The notes under the pieces were generated by a model that saw only the letters and a list, made by a program, of their open reading frames with translations, ran no database searches and was not told where the DNA came from. Made by a program: the position numbers and the translations under genes. This document shows positions 52,501 through 64,000 of a DNA stretch of 64,000 nt, piece by piece (position 1 is the stretch's first letter; the number at the start of each line of letters is the position of its first letter). Origin of the DNA: Antedon mediterranea (taxonomy: Eukaryota > Animalia > Echinodermata); NCBI RefSeq assembly GCF_964355755.1, contig NC_092674.1, positions 18,972,001 to 19,036,000 of the forward strand, written 5' to 3'.

Positions 52501-55500
52501 ATCAATATTCTTAAAATATCATATTATTATCTATTAATATGATTAACGCATTCACAATCAATGTGAGGAGACGTGTTGCCATGGTTTCTGGATCAAAAAT
52601 CGAAAGACTAAAATCAAAATATGCTTATTATAGATTCTGTAAATCTAAGTAAATGTAGGCTACGGTTTTATCATTGAGTTTGTACGATTTTGTCATTTTT
52701 TCATAGCTTTTGTTTAATTAAATTTTGCAAGGTTATTCCCCACCCAGTCTCTCTGAAAATGACACAAAACATAATTATATTATTATTAAAGAAGATGTTT
52801 ATTAAATGCATAGGCCTACCTAGGCCTAGTATAGGGCCTAGTAAGGGATAAGTAGTAGTAGATAGGCCTTAATAATACTAGCCTAACTAGCCTAGGTCGG
52901 GATCCAGTCAAGTCGCCCCATCGCAAAGTCGCCCCATCGCAAAGTCGCCCAATACAAAGTCGCCCCGGCACAGTCGCCCCATCGCAAAGTCGCCCCAACG
53001 CAAAGTCGCCCCAACGCAAAGTCGCCCACGTTTTATTTTGGTAGTTAGTACGCTGTTTTAATCATATCGGTTGCGTTTGACATTGATCACTTTGTTACTT
53101 TGGTCGCGCTAAATGTCGTATACATTATAATGTTTCCTATTATACATACATAATTTGTGGTTTAATTTTTATTTTACAGGTTTTAATGGAGTGATGTGCT
53201 TTTTAAAAATCATTAAAAAAATAGTTCCTTGTTTGAAAGTTCTAAAAAGATTATCCTGGATTTATAATGTTAATGTAATATGATTTTAAAATTAGTTACC
53301 AGAGCCACAATTACGAATCTTTCTTCAACCTACGCGTGGATACCAGCTCATTTTTTAGGATAATATAATAAATGTATAAATGTGTAGTAGGCCTTCGTAT
53401 AGATTAGTTAAAACAATAACAGCGTTGTAAGACAATGAGTGTTATAGGCTACTTTATTGATCATTTTGCATTTATTGACAAGTTATGTGTCTATTGTTGT
53501 TATTTAATTTTATTATGACTTTTCAAAATGAAGAAATAAAAAATACTAAAAAAAAAAAAGGATTTCATCGCCGATATGATCGTTTTATACATACAGGTAT
53601 TTTAGCAAAATTGAAACGCTACATTTTGACCATGGAAAAACCATCGTAGAGTATCGTGTGCGTGTTTTTTTAAAAGGGGAATCCCCGATGGTCAGCAGAA
53701 AGACGTAGCAGCTGTGAGGAAACAGATACCAGAAGGCGCAGCTCCGATTGGTTTCAGATTGCGAGTCGCCTTTTATTCAACAGTACAGTGATTATTTTAC
53801 TGAAGAAATTCTTTTCAACCCTTTTGGTTATACAGTAGAACATTCTAATTATCATGCCTAATAAATATCCTCATATCGGGTGTTTATTTAATTTTAAATT
53901 AAACAAGACAGTGAAGAGGCACGGAATAATACGTACACAGACGTACGACGAATACACACATGCACGCCGTCATCATTTACGACATAAGTGGTTATTTGAT
54001 GCAATTTTATAATGGATATAATGATGGGATTGCCTTTCCAGGCTTATAATCAATGTTAATTGTAACACTAATAGTAAACTGAATGTTTATAAATAAATTG
54101 TTTTACGTAATTTGTTGCATATAAAATAAAAGACACAGACGTAGCCTACGTTCCCTATCAAATATTTCACATTTAAATAATTATGCACTGTTAAATGACA
54201 TTATGCCGAATAATACTATAATCTTAAACTATGTTTACAAATTGTCATTTTTAAGGCACACATCTTTCTCATCATAAACCTGTAAAATAAAAAAAAATCA
54301 ATTATTAATATAGCCCTAATAATAATAATAAATATTCATCGACCAAAGTAAAAATAATCTAGATCGTAACATCATTTTATCGCGACCAAAATTAAACACG
54401 ACCGATTTCAAACGCGACCCGACTGATATCATCGTAAAACTCCGGTGGGGTTTCCCCATCTTCAGATGGTGCGTTGTATATTGCGACAACGGCTGAGTAA
54501 TTACGGGGGTTTCCCTCTGGTGAGCTCAGTGCGACCGCGGAGTGATTAGTCGGGGGCTTCCTCTCCGCTGATGATGGGGGAGCGTGCCGATCGTGTAACC
54601 TGAGACTACATGGCGGGGCTTCCCATTTTATGCCTACACGTTCCGTGTTATTTTGTGTATCATTGCGACATTTTACGCACTTGTAAACTATTTTAACGTT
54701 TCGGGGCGACTTTGCGATGGGGCGACTTTGTGTTGGGGCGACTTTGCGATGGGGCGACTTTGTGTTGGGGCGACTTTGCGATGGGGCGACTTTGCGATGG
54801 GGCGACTGTGTCGGGACGACTTTGTTTTGGGGCGACTTTGCGTTGGGGCGACTGTGTAAGGGGCGACTTTGTATGGGGCGACTTGACTAGCATCCGCCTA
54901 CTAGCTAGGTCTAGCCTAGACTTTAGTCTTATCTTAGAGAAGTCAAGTAGGCCTAGTCCTAGCTACTAGGCCTAGCTAGTAGTAGGCTAGCGATGCGGCG
55001 ACTTGATTGACTGGATCCCTCCCACTAGTATTAGGCCTAGACTAGAGGCCTAGACTAGAGGCCTAGCCTCTGCCTACTTTTTCAGGCCCCTGGCCTCTGG
55101 CGCGCTAGGCCTGGCCCTAGCTAGCCTATTATTCTAGGCATATAACCGTTTCGGCCACAGACAGTTTCGGCCACAACATATTTCTATGCCGCGCCATTCA
55201 CGCATTAGACCGTGCTAGGCCTATATTGTTTTTGCTATTAATAATTATTACTTATCGCATCTCATGCTTTGTTGTATAGTATTTTTATGACTAGGCCTAT
55301 TACTACACATTACAGTGTTATCATTCTTAACGTTATTCCACTACAATTTGCATTTATTAGATTTGTTGTTTCCAGTTTAGTTGTATCATGGACATGGAGT
55401 AAATTGTATTTTATTAGTTTGCTTGACGTCTTGGCGAAAAACAAATTCAACTGTCAGTGACACAGTTAAATACTCTCTTAGTACAGACGTATTAATAGTT

Positions 55501-56189
55501 TGGCTATGAAAGAAGAAATTCTAAGAAAAAAAAAGAAGAAATTTAATTAAAACGTTTTTCCTTCCATTGCTTAGGTGACCTAAGGAACAAAGAGGAATAT
55601 CAGGAAAAATGTACATGACGTTAATAATTCTTTACTGAAAACATTTAATTATCACTTTAGTAAATCTTTGTTTCTTATATTATAAATCATTTCTATTGTA
55701 CCCTGGTGCATACAATTAGTATCACTTAGGCCTAATTCTGAAATATTCGTTTCTTATCTCATCATGCCACCTACTGTAGCTACAAAATACGTGTTCGTAT
55801 TTTATTTCCATTATTAATTTTTAATTGCCAAGTTTGTCCGTGTCCGTGTTTTCCTGTGTAAAAACTAAAGTAAAACACAATGAAATCGATAATCCTGTAT
55901 TACATTGTCGTGTCTCATTTTCCCCTATCAATGGCACTATGGGCGTTCCATAGATATGGTAGTATTATTGTCTGTGGCCGAAGTTGGCCTAATCCTTATT
56001 CTATAGGCCTATCTATAGGGCTAGGCCTACAGGCTACTAGGCTAGTCTAGCTAGAGGCATACTAGGCCTATAGGCCTAGCTAGGCTACTTTTCTCTCTAA
56101 AGAATGCCGGTTCCCGCTATGGCCTAGCCTACTAGCCTAGGCCTAACAACTGAAAATAAATTAGGATAATTGTCCGTATATTTTACCAT
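46539..56189 (-). CDS. NME7: Nucleoside diphosphate kinase 7 (DM10 + two NDK domains)
   Basis: Nine phase-consistent exons: 56187-56189 (ATG only, least certain), 51812-51925, 51073-51239, 49717-49757, 49201-49321, 48756-48910, 48057-48203, 47731-47864, 46539-46799. Motifs [81 protein letters not shown]. Confidence 0.96.
49816..50979 (+). mobile_element. HINE/DINE-like element family 2 in NME7 intron 3
   Basis: 5' GGTTATACGC-acttg-GCGGATAACC, 3' subTIR GCGGATAACC, hairpin ACTCGTC-cgtagt-GACGAGT, terminal CTAG, T-flanked, no TSD. Confidence 0.7.
52900..54895. mobile_element. 2-kb foldback element with 16-bp tandem-repeat TIRs in NME7 intron 1
   Basis: GGATCCAGTCAAGTCGCCCC ... GGGGCGACTTGACTAGCATCC; arrays of AAAGTCGCCCCATCGC at 52910-53028 and inverted at 54703-54885; inner inverted similarity between 53065-53210 and 54245-54425. 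No clean TSD (low-complexity flanks) and no transposase. Confidence 0.85.
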
Positions 56190-56612
56190 GCTTAAAGTTA
56201 AAAGAAGCAGCAATATGACTTTTTGTTTCTTTTTCGCAACTAGGCTAGACGTCTGTCGTCGTCAGGCAACGCCGCAACAAAACACACAAAGACTGTCTGG
56301 CTGGAGGGCACAAATGGCGCTCCATAGATAGAAGTAGGCCTAGCCTAGAGAATGTTATTATTATTTTGTATAGGCCTAAGTTTAATACTAAAAACTTATG
56401 AAAACATATTTTATTTTTATTTGAATATTGAATACAATTTTTATTAATTTTATAAAAATGTATTTACATGTGAAATAGGACATCTATCATATCATTTCCG
56501 TTATAAAATTTAAAACAGTTTGCTTCATTTGCTGACCGTAGAGGGCGTGTAAGCCGGAAATCAAAATATTTTTTAACAACCGACCGGCAACAACAGGGCG
56601 GCGGCGGCACAG
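56190..56612. promoter_or_regulatory. Candidate bidirectional promoter between NME7 and RNF7
   Basis: Divergent ATGs 423 bp apart; locally CpG-containing; CCGGAA ETS-like core at ~56554; AAATGGCG YY1-like word at ~56312. Confidence 0.6.
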
Positions 56613-58656
56613 ATGAAATATACCAGGCGACGTACTTCGAAAGAAAACAGAAACTCTAGGTCTAGCACTTCAATTGACCAAACAAGTATGTCATCTTCAG
56701 AACAACATAAACAAGACAGAATGTTCACTCTAAAGAAATGGAATATAGTTGCAATGTGGAGTTGGGACGTAGAATGTGATACATGTGCAATTTGTCGAGT
56801 TCAAGTTATGGGTAAGAAAAGAAGTAGGCTAGGCCGCCTATTATAGAGGCTAGCTAGACTAGGCCCTCTAGCCTACTAGGCCTAGCTAGCTAGGCTAGGC
56901 CTCCTAGCCTAACTGGATGCTAGTCAAGTCGCCCCATCGCTACTAGTCTAGGCCTCCCTAAGCTAGTAGGGTAGGGTAGCTAGCTAGGGCGGTAGGCTCT
57001 ACTAGACCTAGCTAGGCCTATCCCTAAACTAATTAATAGAGCCTTACTACTACTACTAGGTAGGAGCCCTACTCTAGTAGGAACACCCTCTAGTAGTAGG
57101 CTAGCTAGGAGCTAGTAGGCCTAGACTAGCCTCTACTACTAGGCATAGCTAGTATAGGCCTAGAGTCTCTCTAGCTACCTATGGCCTACTTACTACTGTA
57201 GGCTAGGCCTAACTAAAAAGTAAAATCATATGGTTGTTGTGAATCGATAAAAATAAAATAGGCCTAGCCTCTACGGCCAGGCTGCTAAAAATAACGTGAT
57301 TAGAATAATTAAACTTTCTAGGCCTAGCCTTAATACAAATTCCAAAAAAAATATTATGGCACAACAATTTTTTTTAACGCAGTCTACACTCTAGGCCTAG
57401 GCTAGTACTTGGAGGAAAAAAAATAATGATGAGTGTTGATTCAGTCTAGCGTGTGTATTCAAATGAGGCAAATACAAGACAACTGAGTATTACTAGAGAC
57501 TACCTCCTTTTCTCACCATTTTTTTAGGCCCAATCCATCTCATCTCATTGGACCCCTCTTAGATAAGTCTAAAAAAAAGACTATTATTTCTGTACATGCA
57601 TGCCATTTTTTACTTGTTTTGCTTTACTAGTTTTCTTTTTTTTTTAATTATTTTTAACAAATAATATGTGACCTGTTTTTAAGGCTTGCACAATACATAT
57701 TTTTTCTTAACGGAATTTGTTGATCATTTATTCAATTGTTAAAGATATATTGTCCCCTTTTAATGTTTTTTTTTAAATATGCCTGGCCATTTTAATGATT
57801 GTCACATAATAGTTATTCAGTTTGATCAAAAATTGGATCGAAAAAAAAAGAAATTACTTAACTGAAAAACTGTAAAAAAATATTCAAATTGACTGGAAGT
57901 GATTTACTTTATTGCGAAATGGCCTATTCAAAGTATTAATTTAAATTTTTTTATGTTTATGGAGGAAAATATCTTTAAAGATCAGAAACTGAAAATATTA
58001 TATTTGAATGATTAGTAAATATTTGATTGATTGATTTATTGTTTTATATAATAAATGAATACACTGTACTATTGTTAGACAAAATGTTATGTTTTGTCAC
58101 CCAGTCAATTCAAAACAATTGTAAATGTAAACAAAAATACTTTCTGTAACTTAGATGCATGTCTGAGATGTCAAACGGAAAACAAGCAAGAGGAATGTGT
58201 AGGTAAGATCAATTTAATTATAATTTAATTTTTAAAGATATTTGTCCCTTTGTAAAATATGCCATTTTTGATGTACTGTACATAATATTTCACTTTGACC
58301 AACATTTTAAAAATGGATTCAAAATAAACCATTGATCTACCTAAAATCATTTTTATTTTGCCCTGATAAAAATGTTATTTAAATTAATAATCTTTCACAT
58401 TTGGAGCAGTATATCTTTAATCTGTCTTCTTCAGTATAAAAACAAGATTTGTTTTTAAATACTCAGTTACCACCATTATGAATAAACTGATTTCTGAATG
58501 TACTGTAGAGTACAATCAAATAATGTCTTTCTTTCAGTTGTATGGGGTGAATGCAATCATTCTTTTCATAACTGTTGTATGTCACTGTGGGTGAAGCAAA
58601 ATAACAGGTGTCCTTTATGTCAACAAGAATGGATGGTTCAACGAATTGGAAAATAG
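56613..58656 (+). CDS. RNF7: RING-box protein 2 (SAG/ROC2), cullin-5 E3 ligase subunit
   Basis: Exons 56613 (or ATG 56688)-56811, 58155-58202, 58538-58656: RMFTLKKWNIVAMWSWDVECDTCAICRVQVM|DACLRCQTENKQEECV|VVWGECNHSFHNCCMSLWVKQNNRCPLCQQEWMVQRIGK*. Confidence 0.97.
57743..58416. mobile_element. Two short TTAA-flanked MITEs (57743-57974 and 58236-58416), one in each RNF7 intron; related copy near 45705
   Basis: TTAA|AGATAT.T.GTCCC ... ATATCT|TTAA ends and shared internal words (GCCATTTT, ACATAATAGTTATTCA, TTTGACCAA). Confidence 0.6.
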
Positions 58657-59639
58657 CGTAATAGAGTAAATCCAAACGTGTATATGGACTAATTTAACAC
58701 CAAGTATTGGAAACTGGGAATGGGTGCAAATTGATTTTGAAATGTCGGAGCTAAATGTGACTTGTTCTTCCTCTTCTCAGGATATTTAAAATGGCCGAGT
58801 ATGATTTATTTGTGTATTAAAAGTAGGGTTACTATTACTAAAGATAAATTAATATCGATTAGAAAGGCAATACCTAGTTGTAAGGCCATTTTCAAAGCCT
58901 TTACTTGGATGCTAACAATATTATACAGAAATGTGTTTATGGGTTATGGTTAAACAAAACTAATAAAATGCTTTTAATACAAATATTTAATTAATTATAT
59001 TAAAGTTCAATAGGAGTGGTGGATTCAGATTAGAAGAAATACAACCTGGGTGACTGCAGTCCAATCTACATGTTTTATCTTTTGCGGCTTATGCCACCTT
59101 TATTCAAATCCACATTAAAATCATCTCAATTTGATATTTGAAATGCACAACAAAAGTATCTTTATACTCAGCATTATGTGATAAAGTTTGACTGATTCAG
59201 TCAAGCTTTATATGATATATTTCTGTATATAGTATATACATTATAGTAGTGTTTGATATATTAAAAACTTTGATAACAAATAGCTTGTAGTATTTATAAA
59301 AATTACAAGAATATGATGTTTTTTTTAGTTTTATTTAAATAAATTAAGTTTATTTTGAATTGAGTTTGTGTTTATGATTGTCGAACCGACCAAGTCAATT
59401 GAATTTACATACCTCAACACCTCAAAATGAAGCCATGGGCTCTTGGATGGGCTTCTTTTCGAGGTATACTTTTGTAAACTGAAGTGGGGATCTTCTTTTC
59501 GAAATGAATGCTGTAAATTTTGTGAATGAATACTACAATAGTATGATTTTTAGACATTCCCTGCCAATTTTACTGTACATACAGTATTTGCCAAGGAAGC
59601 AGACGAGAAGATAATCAAAGTATTGTTGGAAAACAATAA

Positions 59640-60180
59640 ATTGTAGAATAAATATCTCAACCACAACACCAACTATTTTCAACATAGCATTAGATATTCT
59701 GGACCACTCATGTTTAACAATTTACCCCCCCCCCCCTCAATTTCGTGTGCTGCCACCTGCTACTCATTCTCCAAGAAAATTAAAAATCACCTTTTGTCTT
59801 GTTACTAAATCGATGTGTTCGATATGGTCGTTGTTTTATGTTCCGTGACTTGCTAGATTTAATTTATTCATTTTGTCATCTTATTCGTTACTATGCCCCG
59901 CATCTGTACTTTTTTCTGCTCATCATTTTTACTTTATTCTTCAAACTATTATCTACTGGTATTATATTCTATTTTATTTCTACATTTTTTCAATTAATTT
60001 ATTAACGTATTTTGTATTTATTTTTTTCATAATTATCTATTTTTAATTAATTTGTAAAGGCAATCCTGTCACAAGATTGTCATCTTTCTGGGATCTGACT
60101 TTGTCTATTTTCTAAAATTATCTGTTGCCATTATTGCTTTTGTTTTGGACGTTATAAATGTTCTTTGAATTGAATTGAAT
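59640..60180 (+). mobile_element. 3' fragment of a Crack-like LINE with (TTGAA)n tail
   Basis: TNYFQHSIRYSGP resembles TNHFQHNIRYSGP at ~39455-39495; ends in TTGAATTGAATTGAA. Confidence 0.65.
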
Positions 60181-60364
60181 CCTTTGCGATCCATAGCATG
60201 ATTTAGGTAACATTCTTTGTATGTATTTACAATCACTCTGGCTAAATGCTGGTCAGTTTACTTCGGCAATTTCTTCAAGAATACTCACATTGCCATATGA
60301 AATTTTACTTCTTGTGTGAAGACAAGAAATGTCTTTGCGGGATAGACATGCAATGTTTAATGTA

Positions 60365-60910
60365 TCAAATAGAAGGAAACGCAGCCAGTGGTGGTTCATC
60401 AGTAAACTCTTTGAGAAAGTTCCTGAACTTCTGTTTTTCATCTTCAGTTGGCATTTGATATGATCTATAAAAAAGAAGTGATTATTTCCTAATAGTTTTA
60501 AATGATAGTGAACTATGGTGATGAGTTTATGAGTGTGAAGCATGGGCGACGACAGTTTTTATACAAATAACACATTTATTTCAAGAAAATAATTCAAGTC
60601 GTTACTAATATTACCTAACCCTGGAAATTAAATAATTGGCTGCATGAGAAAACAGTTTATACCACCTTGCTCTATGAAGCAAAATTAAAGAACTTACTCT
60701 GATACAACTCGGTGGTCGCCCAACTGCTGTCTACATCGTGGCCAGGTTCCAAATGTACCTTTAACCGTTGTTACCTCGTGAAATAAATGTATATAAAATG
60801 AATACGATTACAAAAATTTGAGTTTGATAAAATCATTGGAATTATAATAAACATTTCTATTTTGTGTAAATTACCTCAGTCGAAAGAGATGATTGAATAG
60901 TTATTTCACC
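60365..60910 (-). CDS. Candidate coding exons of unknown affiliation
   Basis: Exons 60875-60910, 60698-60774 (GAG acceptor) and 60365-60464 splice in frame to GEITIQSSLSTE|VTTVKGTFGTWPRCRQQLGDHRVVSE|SYQMPTEDEKQKFRNFLKEFTDEPPLAAFPSI*. Family not recognised. Confidence 0.35.
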
Positions 60911-61829
60911 CTGCAGGAGTGAAAACATCACAGGTAATAAACCATATTATTTTTGCTAATAATATAAAACAACATTTTTAGGAATCTGTTTTATATTACT
61001 TTGTTCATTAAAATGTCTCCTTTGAAATACAAAAATCATTTTGAAATTGCATGTTTTTTAAACGCTACAAAACATTAGTCCATTTTTTCCATCTTTAAGA
61101 ACTCATTCCTACTGTATCTGATGTTTTGTTTTGTTAGCATAAACTATTTTAATCACTTTGTAATTGTCTAAGGCACAGGTGGTCTTGACAAGGATTTGTT
61201 GAAATTTCATGTCAATATATAAAAACAAGAGATGTTCAGTTTTGAGAGCTCTGTATGGAATTAAAAAACAAAGTCTAAATTCAACACTATTTATTTTCGA
61301 GGCCAGAGGTGAGGAGGCGCAGTTATGAGCTTTTAGATTTTCCCCAAGTCTTTAAATATGTTGTTAGTATTGCAGTCAGTGCTTTGATTTTTCTGTAAAC
61401 CGAGTAGGATACGTATTATACATATGAAATATGTCATTCTAAACAAGAAATATTTCTTACAAAAAACGCCGCTCAAAATTTTAAAATTAATCATTGTTCT
61501 TTCTTCAGATATATTAATAATTTATAGAAAATATGGTTTTGTTACCATGACATGTACCGTGACTTCACGGTGGTACAAGTGAGAAAATTCTTCAGTCTGT
61601 TGATTCGCGTCAACCAATCAAAGGGCGAGAATCCAAATTTGTTCAATCGTGAGCCCTCATAGACTCTCTTTTCCCCAGATGTTTTTTGGGTCCAGCAACT
61701 GGGACCTATAAATTATAGTCGAGTTTACAAATCCCCAAAACTGTCGGCCTTAGAACTATAGCTACCGCGATGATAAAGCTTCTTAATGAGTATGTCCTCT
61801 TGGGACATTGCTGGCTAAAGCCGCGGCAC

Positions 61830-62185
61830 GAAAAATGCAAATATGATCCAATCATCTCAATCTTGTTTCATTACATTAGCTTCAGGTTAAACAACGCATA
61901 GAATTCAAGATCCTCACCCTCACCTACAAAGCCATCCATAAACAATCACCGCAATATCTTCCATCACTCGTCTTCTTCCAGAACATTCCCAGAAATATTC
62001 GTCATTCATCTATATTTTCGCCTCAACTATTCCAACCAAGAACACAGACATATTTTTGCTGACCGGTCATTCTCTTGCACAGCTCCTTCCTTATGAATGC
62101 TCTTCCACAATCAATGAAGAATGCCAATTCTATTGACATCTTCAAACAGTTGGTGAAAACCCATCTCTTTTGCATAGCATACGAA
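61830..62185 (+). mobile_element. L2-clade LINE 3' fragment
   Basis: VKQRIEFKILTLTYKAIHKQSPQYL ... DRSFSCTAPSL.NALPQSMKNANSIDIFKQLVKTHLF. Confidence 0.8.
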
Positions 62186-62767
62186 ATGAGGTAATTTCTA
62201 TCCCGTTGAATTAAACCATCAATAAATTATGACCGCATATGATTGTACAATGTAGTAAACATACAGTACATCAACATTCAGTTATATTGTAACCCAGGTT
62301 TGATGATTTGAGTGATCAACTCATGAATTATGTTAGAAAGAGACAACTATTAGACGATAGCAAGGTTTTCTTGTTTATTTCATTGAAAGCACTTGAGATC
62401 ATCTTCTTCATTCATATTATTATTACAATATATAATTATATAATAAAACAATATATAACGTTTTCTATATGTATATTTAATTAACAAAAATACTGTATTG
62501 GTAATAATCTTCATCTTATCTGGCAGCATTATACACATATTATTTAGAGAATTATACAAAATCATCTATAGGTTTAATGGTTGAAATCACAAAAACACTT
62601 TAAAATCATAAAAATCATATAATCCAGGGAGAAACATGGATGAATCATTATATTTGGTAACAAAATGGTAAATTTAAAGTAATTAAGCCAAACAATAAGA
62701 ATTGTTCATCTCAGTATGCTATTTATACCCAAGTATGATAGGCCAAGGAATAATTCAATGATTTGTA

Positions 62768-62956
62768 CTGTACATCTTCTAACTGTAACCCTGGATTATT
62801 ATTCTTATGTCATTTTGTCAATAGTTTTTGTGACCCTAATAGTAACCCCCATGGGTTACTATTAGAGTAGTGGGTTATTATTATAGATTGACTTATAAGG
62901 TGGGTTACTATTAGAAGGGGTGGGGGGGGGGGGGGTTACTATTAGAAGATTTACAG
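62768..62956. mobile_element. Tc1/pogo-type MITE with TA TSD
   Basis: TA|CTGTACATCTTCTAA ... TTAGAAGATTTACAG|TA with internal GGGTTACTATTAG repeats. Confidence 0.7.
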
Positions 62957-63200
62957 TATTTATGCGATCATCATTTCATTCTACACTTTGGATTAAAGCG
63001 AAATTAAAACGAACAAGCATGTTTAACTTTTCGCTGAACTACGCTGTTATGCAAATGAGTAGTATGTTGTCATCTGTTAAAATTAACTTTTACGTGCGAA
63101 AGCTCCCTAATATTTCATTACTATTAGTAATAAATCAATAATAAATGTTTATATATCTTGTGTTGACATAATTGCGTTTATAAGCCTGTTACCATTATGT

Positions 63201-64000
63201 TTAACAGGTCTTTTCTGGTATCTTGATCATAACCTAAGTAATAAAAATAAAGATTATTATTATGATCAGTACAACCATCAGTATCAATATTACTTTATTT
63301 AGGGATTCTTAATTACTTACTGTTTTGATTTCCGAGTACTCATGAAGACCTTCTTCACCCCTGAAATGAAACAAGGAATTCATTTAATAATTAATCAATA
63401 CCTGCTATAGTAGTACCAAAGTTGTTTATTACAGGGTTAAATAATATACACAGTAGTAGCGCAATATGTAATCTATTATTGCAGCATTTGTATATGATTA
63501 ATAAAAAGGCCCGTAGGCAGGCAGTATTCCACACAAGGAATTAAATAGTTCTTGTGAGAGAACGCGTAAAAAATAGAGCATGCATAAAGAATTATTTTTT
63601 AGACCTTATCAACATGATTTATACGTTTTCATTTGAACTTACAATTCACGACCAGAACCAGACATCTTATATCCGCCAAAAGGACTAGCAACATCTACAT
63701 TGTGATACTGGTTAACCCTATCAAAAATATATTTAAAATTTATGTTTTTAATTTTCAAATTGAAAACATTTACCCATCCTGTAACCTATGAAACAAAATA
63801 CAAATTTGTTATTTCACTTTGAATAACTTAAGAAAATTGATTTAACGTGTATTAATCATGTTGTTCAATGACTTGAAATTATTTTCCCTGGTTGCAAAAT
63901 GTATCTTCACATGTTTATTGAAACAGATGTTACAATAGTCTTACAAATTCTATTTAAGAAGAAGTGCAAAAGATAGCATACCAAACTGTACCAGCTTGAA
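63201..64000 (-). CDS. ALDH2: Aldehyde dehydrogenase (ALDH2/ALDH1 family), last four exons; gene begins beyond window end
   Basis: Exons 63982->64000, 63643-63717, 63321-63360, 63201-63233: QAGTVW|VNQYHNVDVASPFGGYKMSGSGREL|GEEGLHEYSEIKT|VMIKIPEKTC*. The GGYKMSGSGRELGE motif is ALDH2-like, but an ALDH1A-type paralog is not excluded. Confidence 0.85.

Noticed and set aside
56590-56612. In-frame AGG-GCG-GCG-GCG-GCA-CAG upstream of the RNF7 ATG, resembling a mutated ATGGCGGCG start
   Set aside because: Two normal in-frame ATGs follow; a non-AUG start is not supportable from sequence alone.

Overview
AT-rich eukaryotic (metazoan) genomic DNA with small GT-AG spliced exons in repeat-filled introns. 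The abundance of TAGGCCTA words suggests a marine invertebrate such as an echinoderm (inference only). Genes read by manual splicing: the 5' nine exons of VWA8 (minus, 15376 to <2148), a galactose-3-O-sulfotransferase-like gene (minus, main exon 25172-26765), a complete 9-exon NME7 (minus) head-to-head with a 3-exon RNF7/RBX2 (plus), and the 3' end of an ALDH2/ALDH1-type dehydrogenase (minus, runs off the right edge). The rest is mostly transposon-derived: a Poseidon-type Penelope element with a hammerhead-like end, decayed LINEs, Helentron-associated (HINE/DINE-like) elements, a Deu/Nin-type SINE, MITEs and three foldback elements with tandem-repeat TIRs. The most unusual observations are a tandem tRNA-like cassette in (TA)n at 26.8-28.1 kb, a six-layer transposon nest at 34.8-43.8 kb, promoter-proximal foldbacks (one with a cluster of kB-like sites), and TAGGCCTA/CTAG patches around first exons. 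All calls are by eye; no searches were run.
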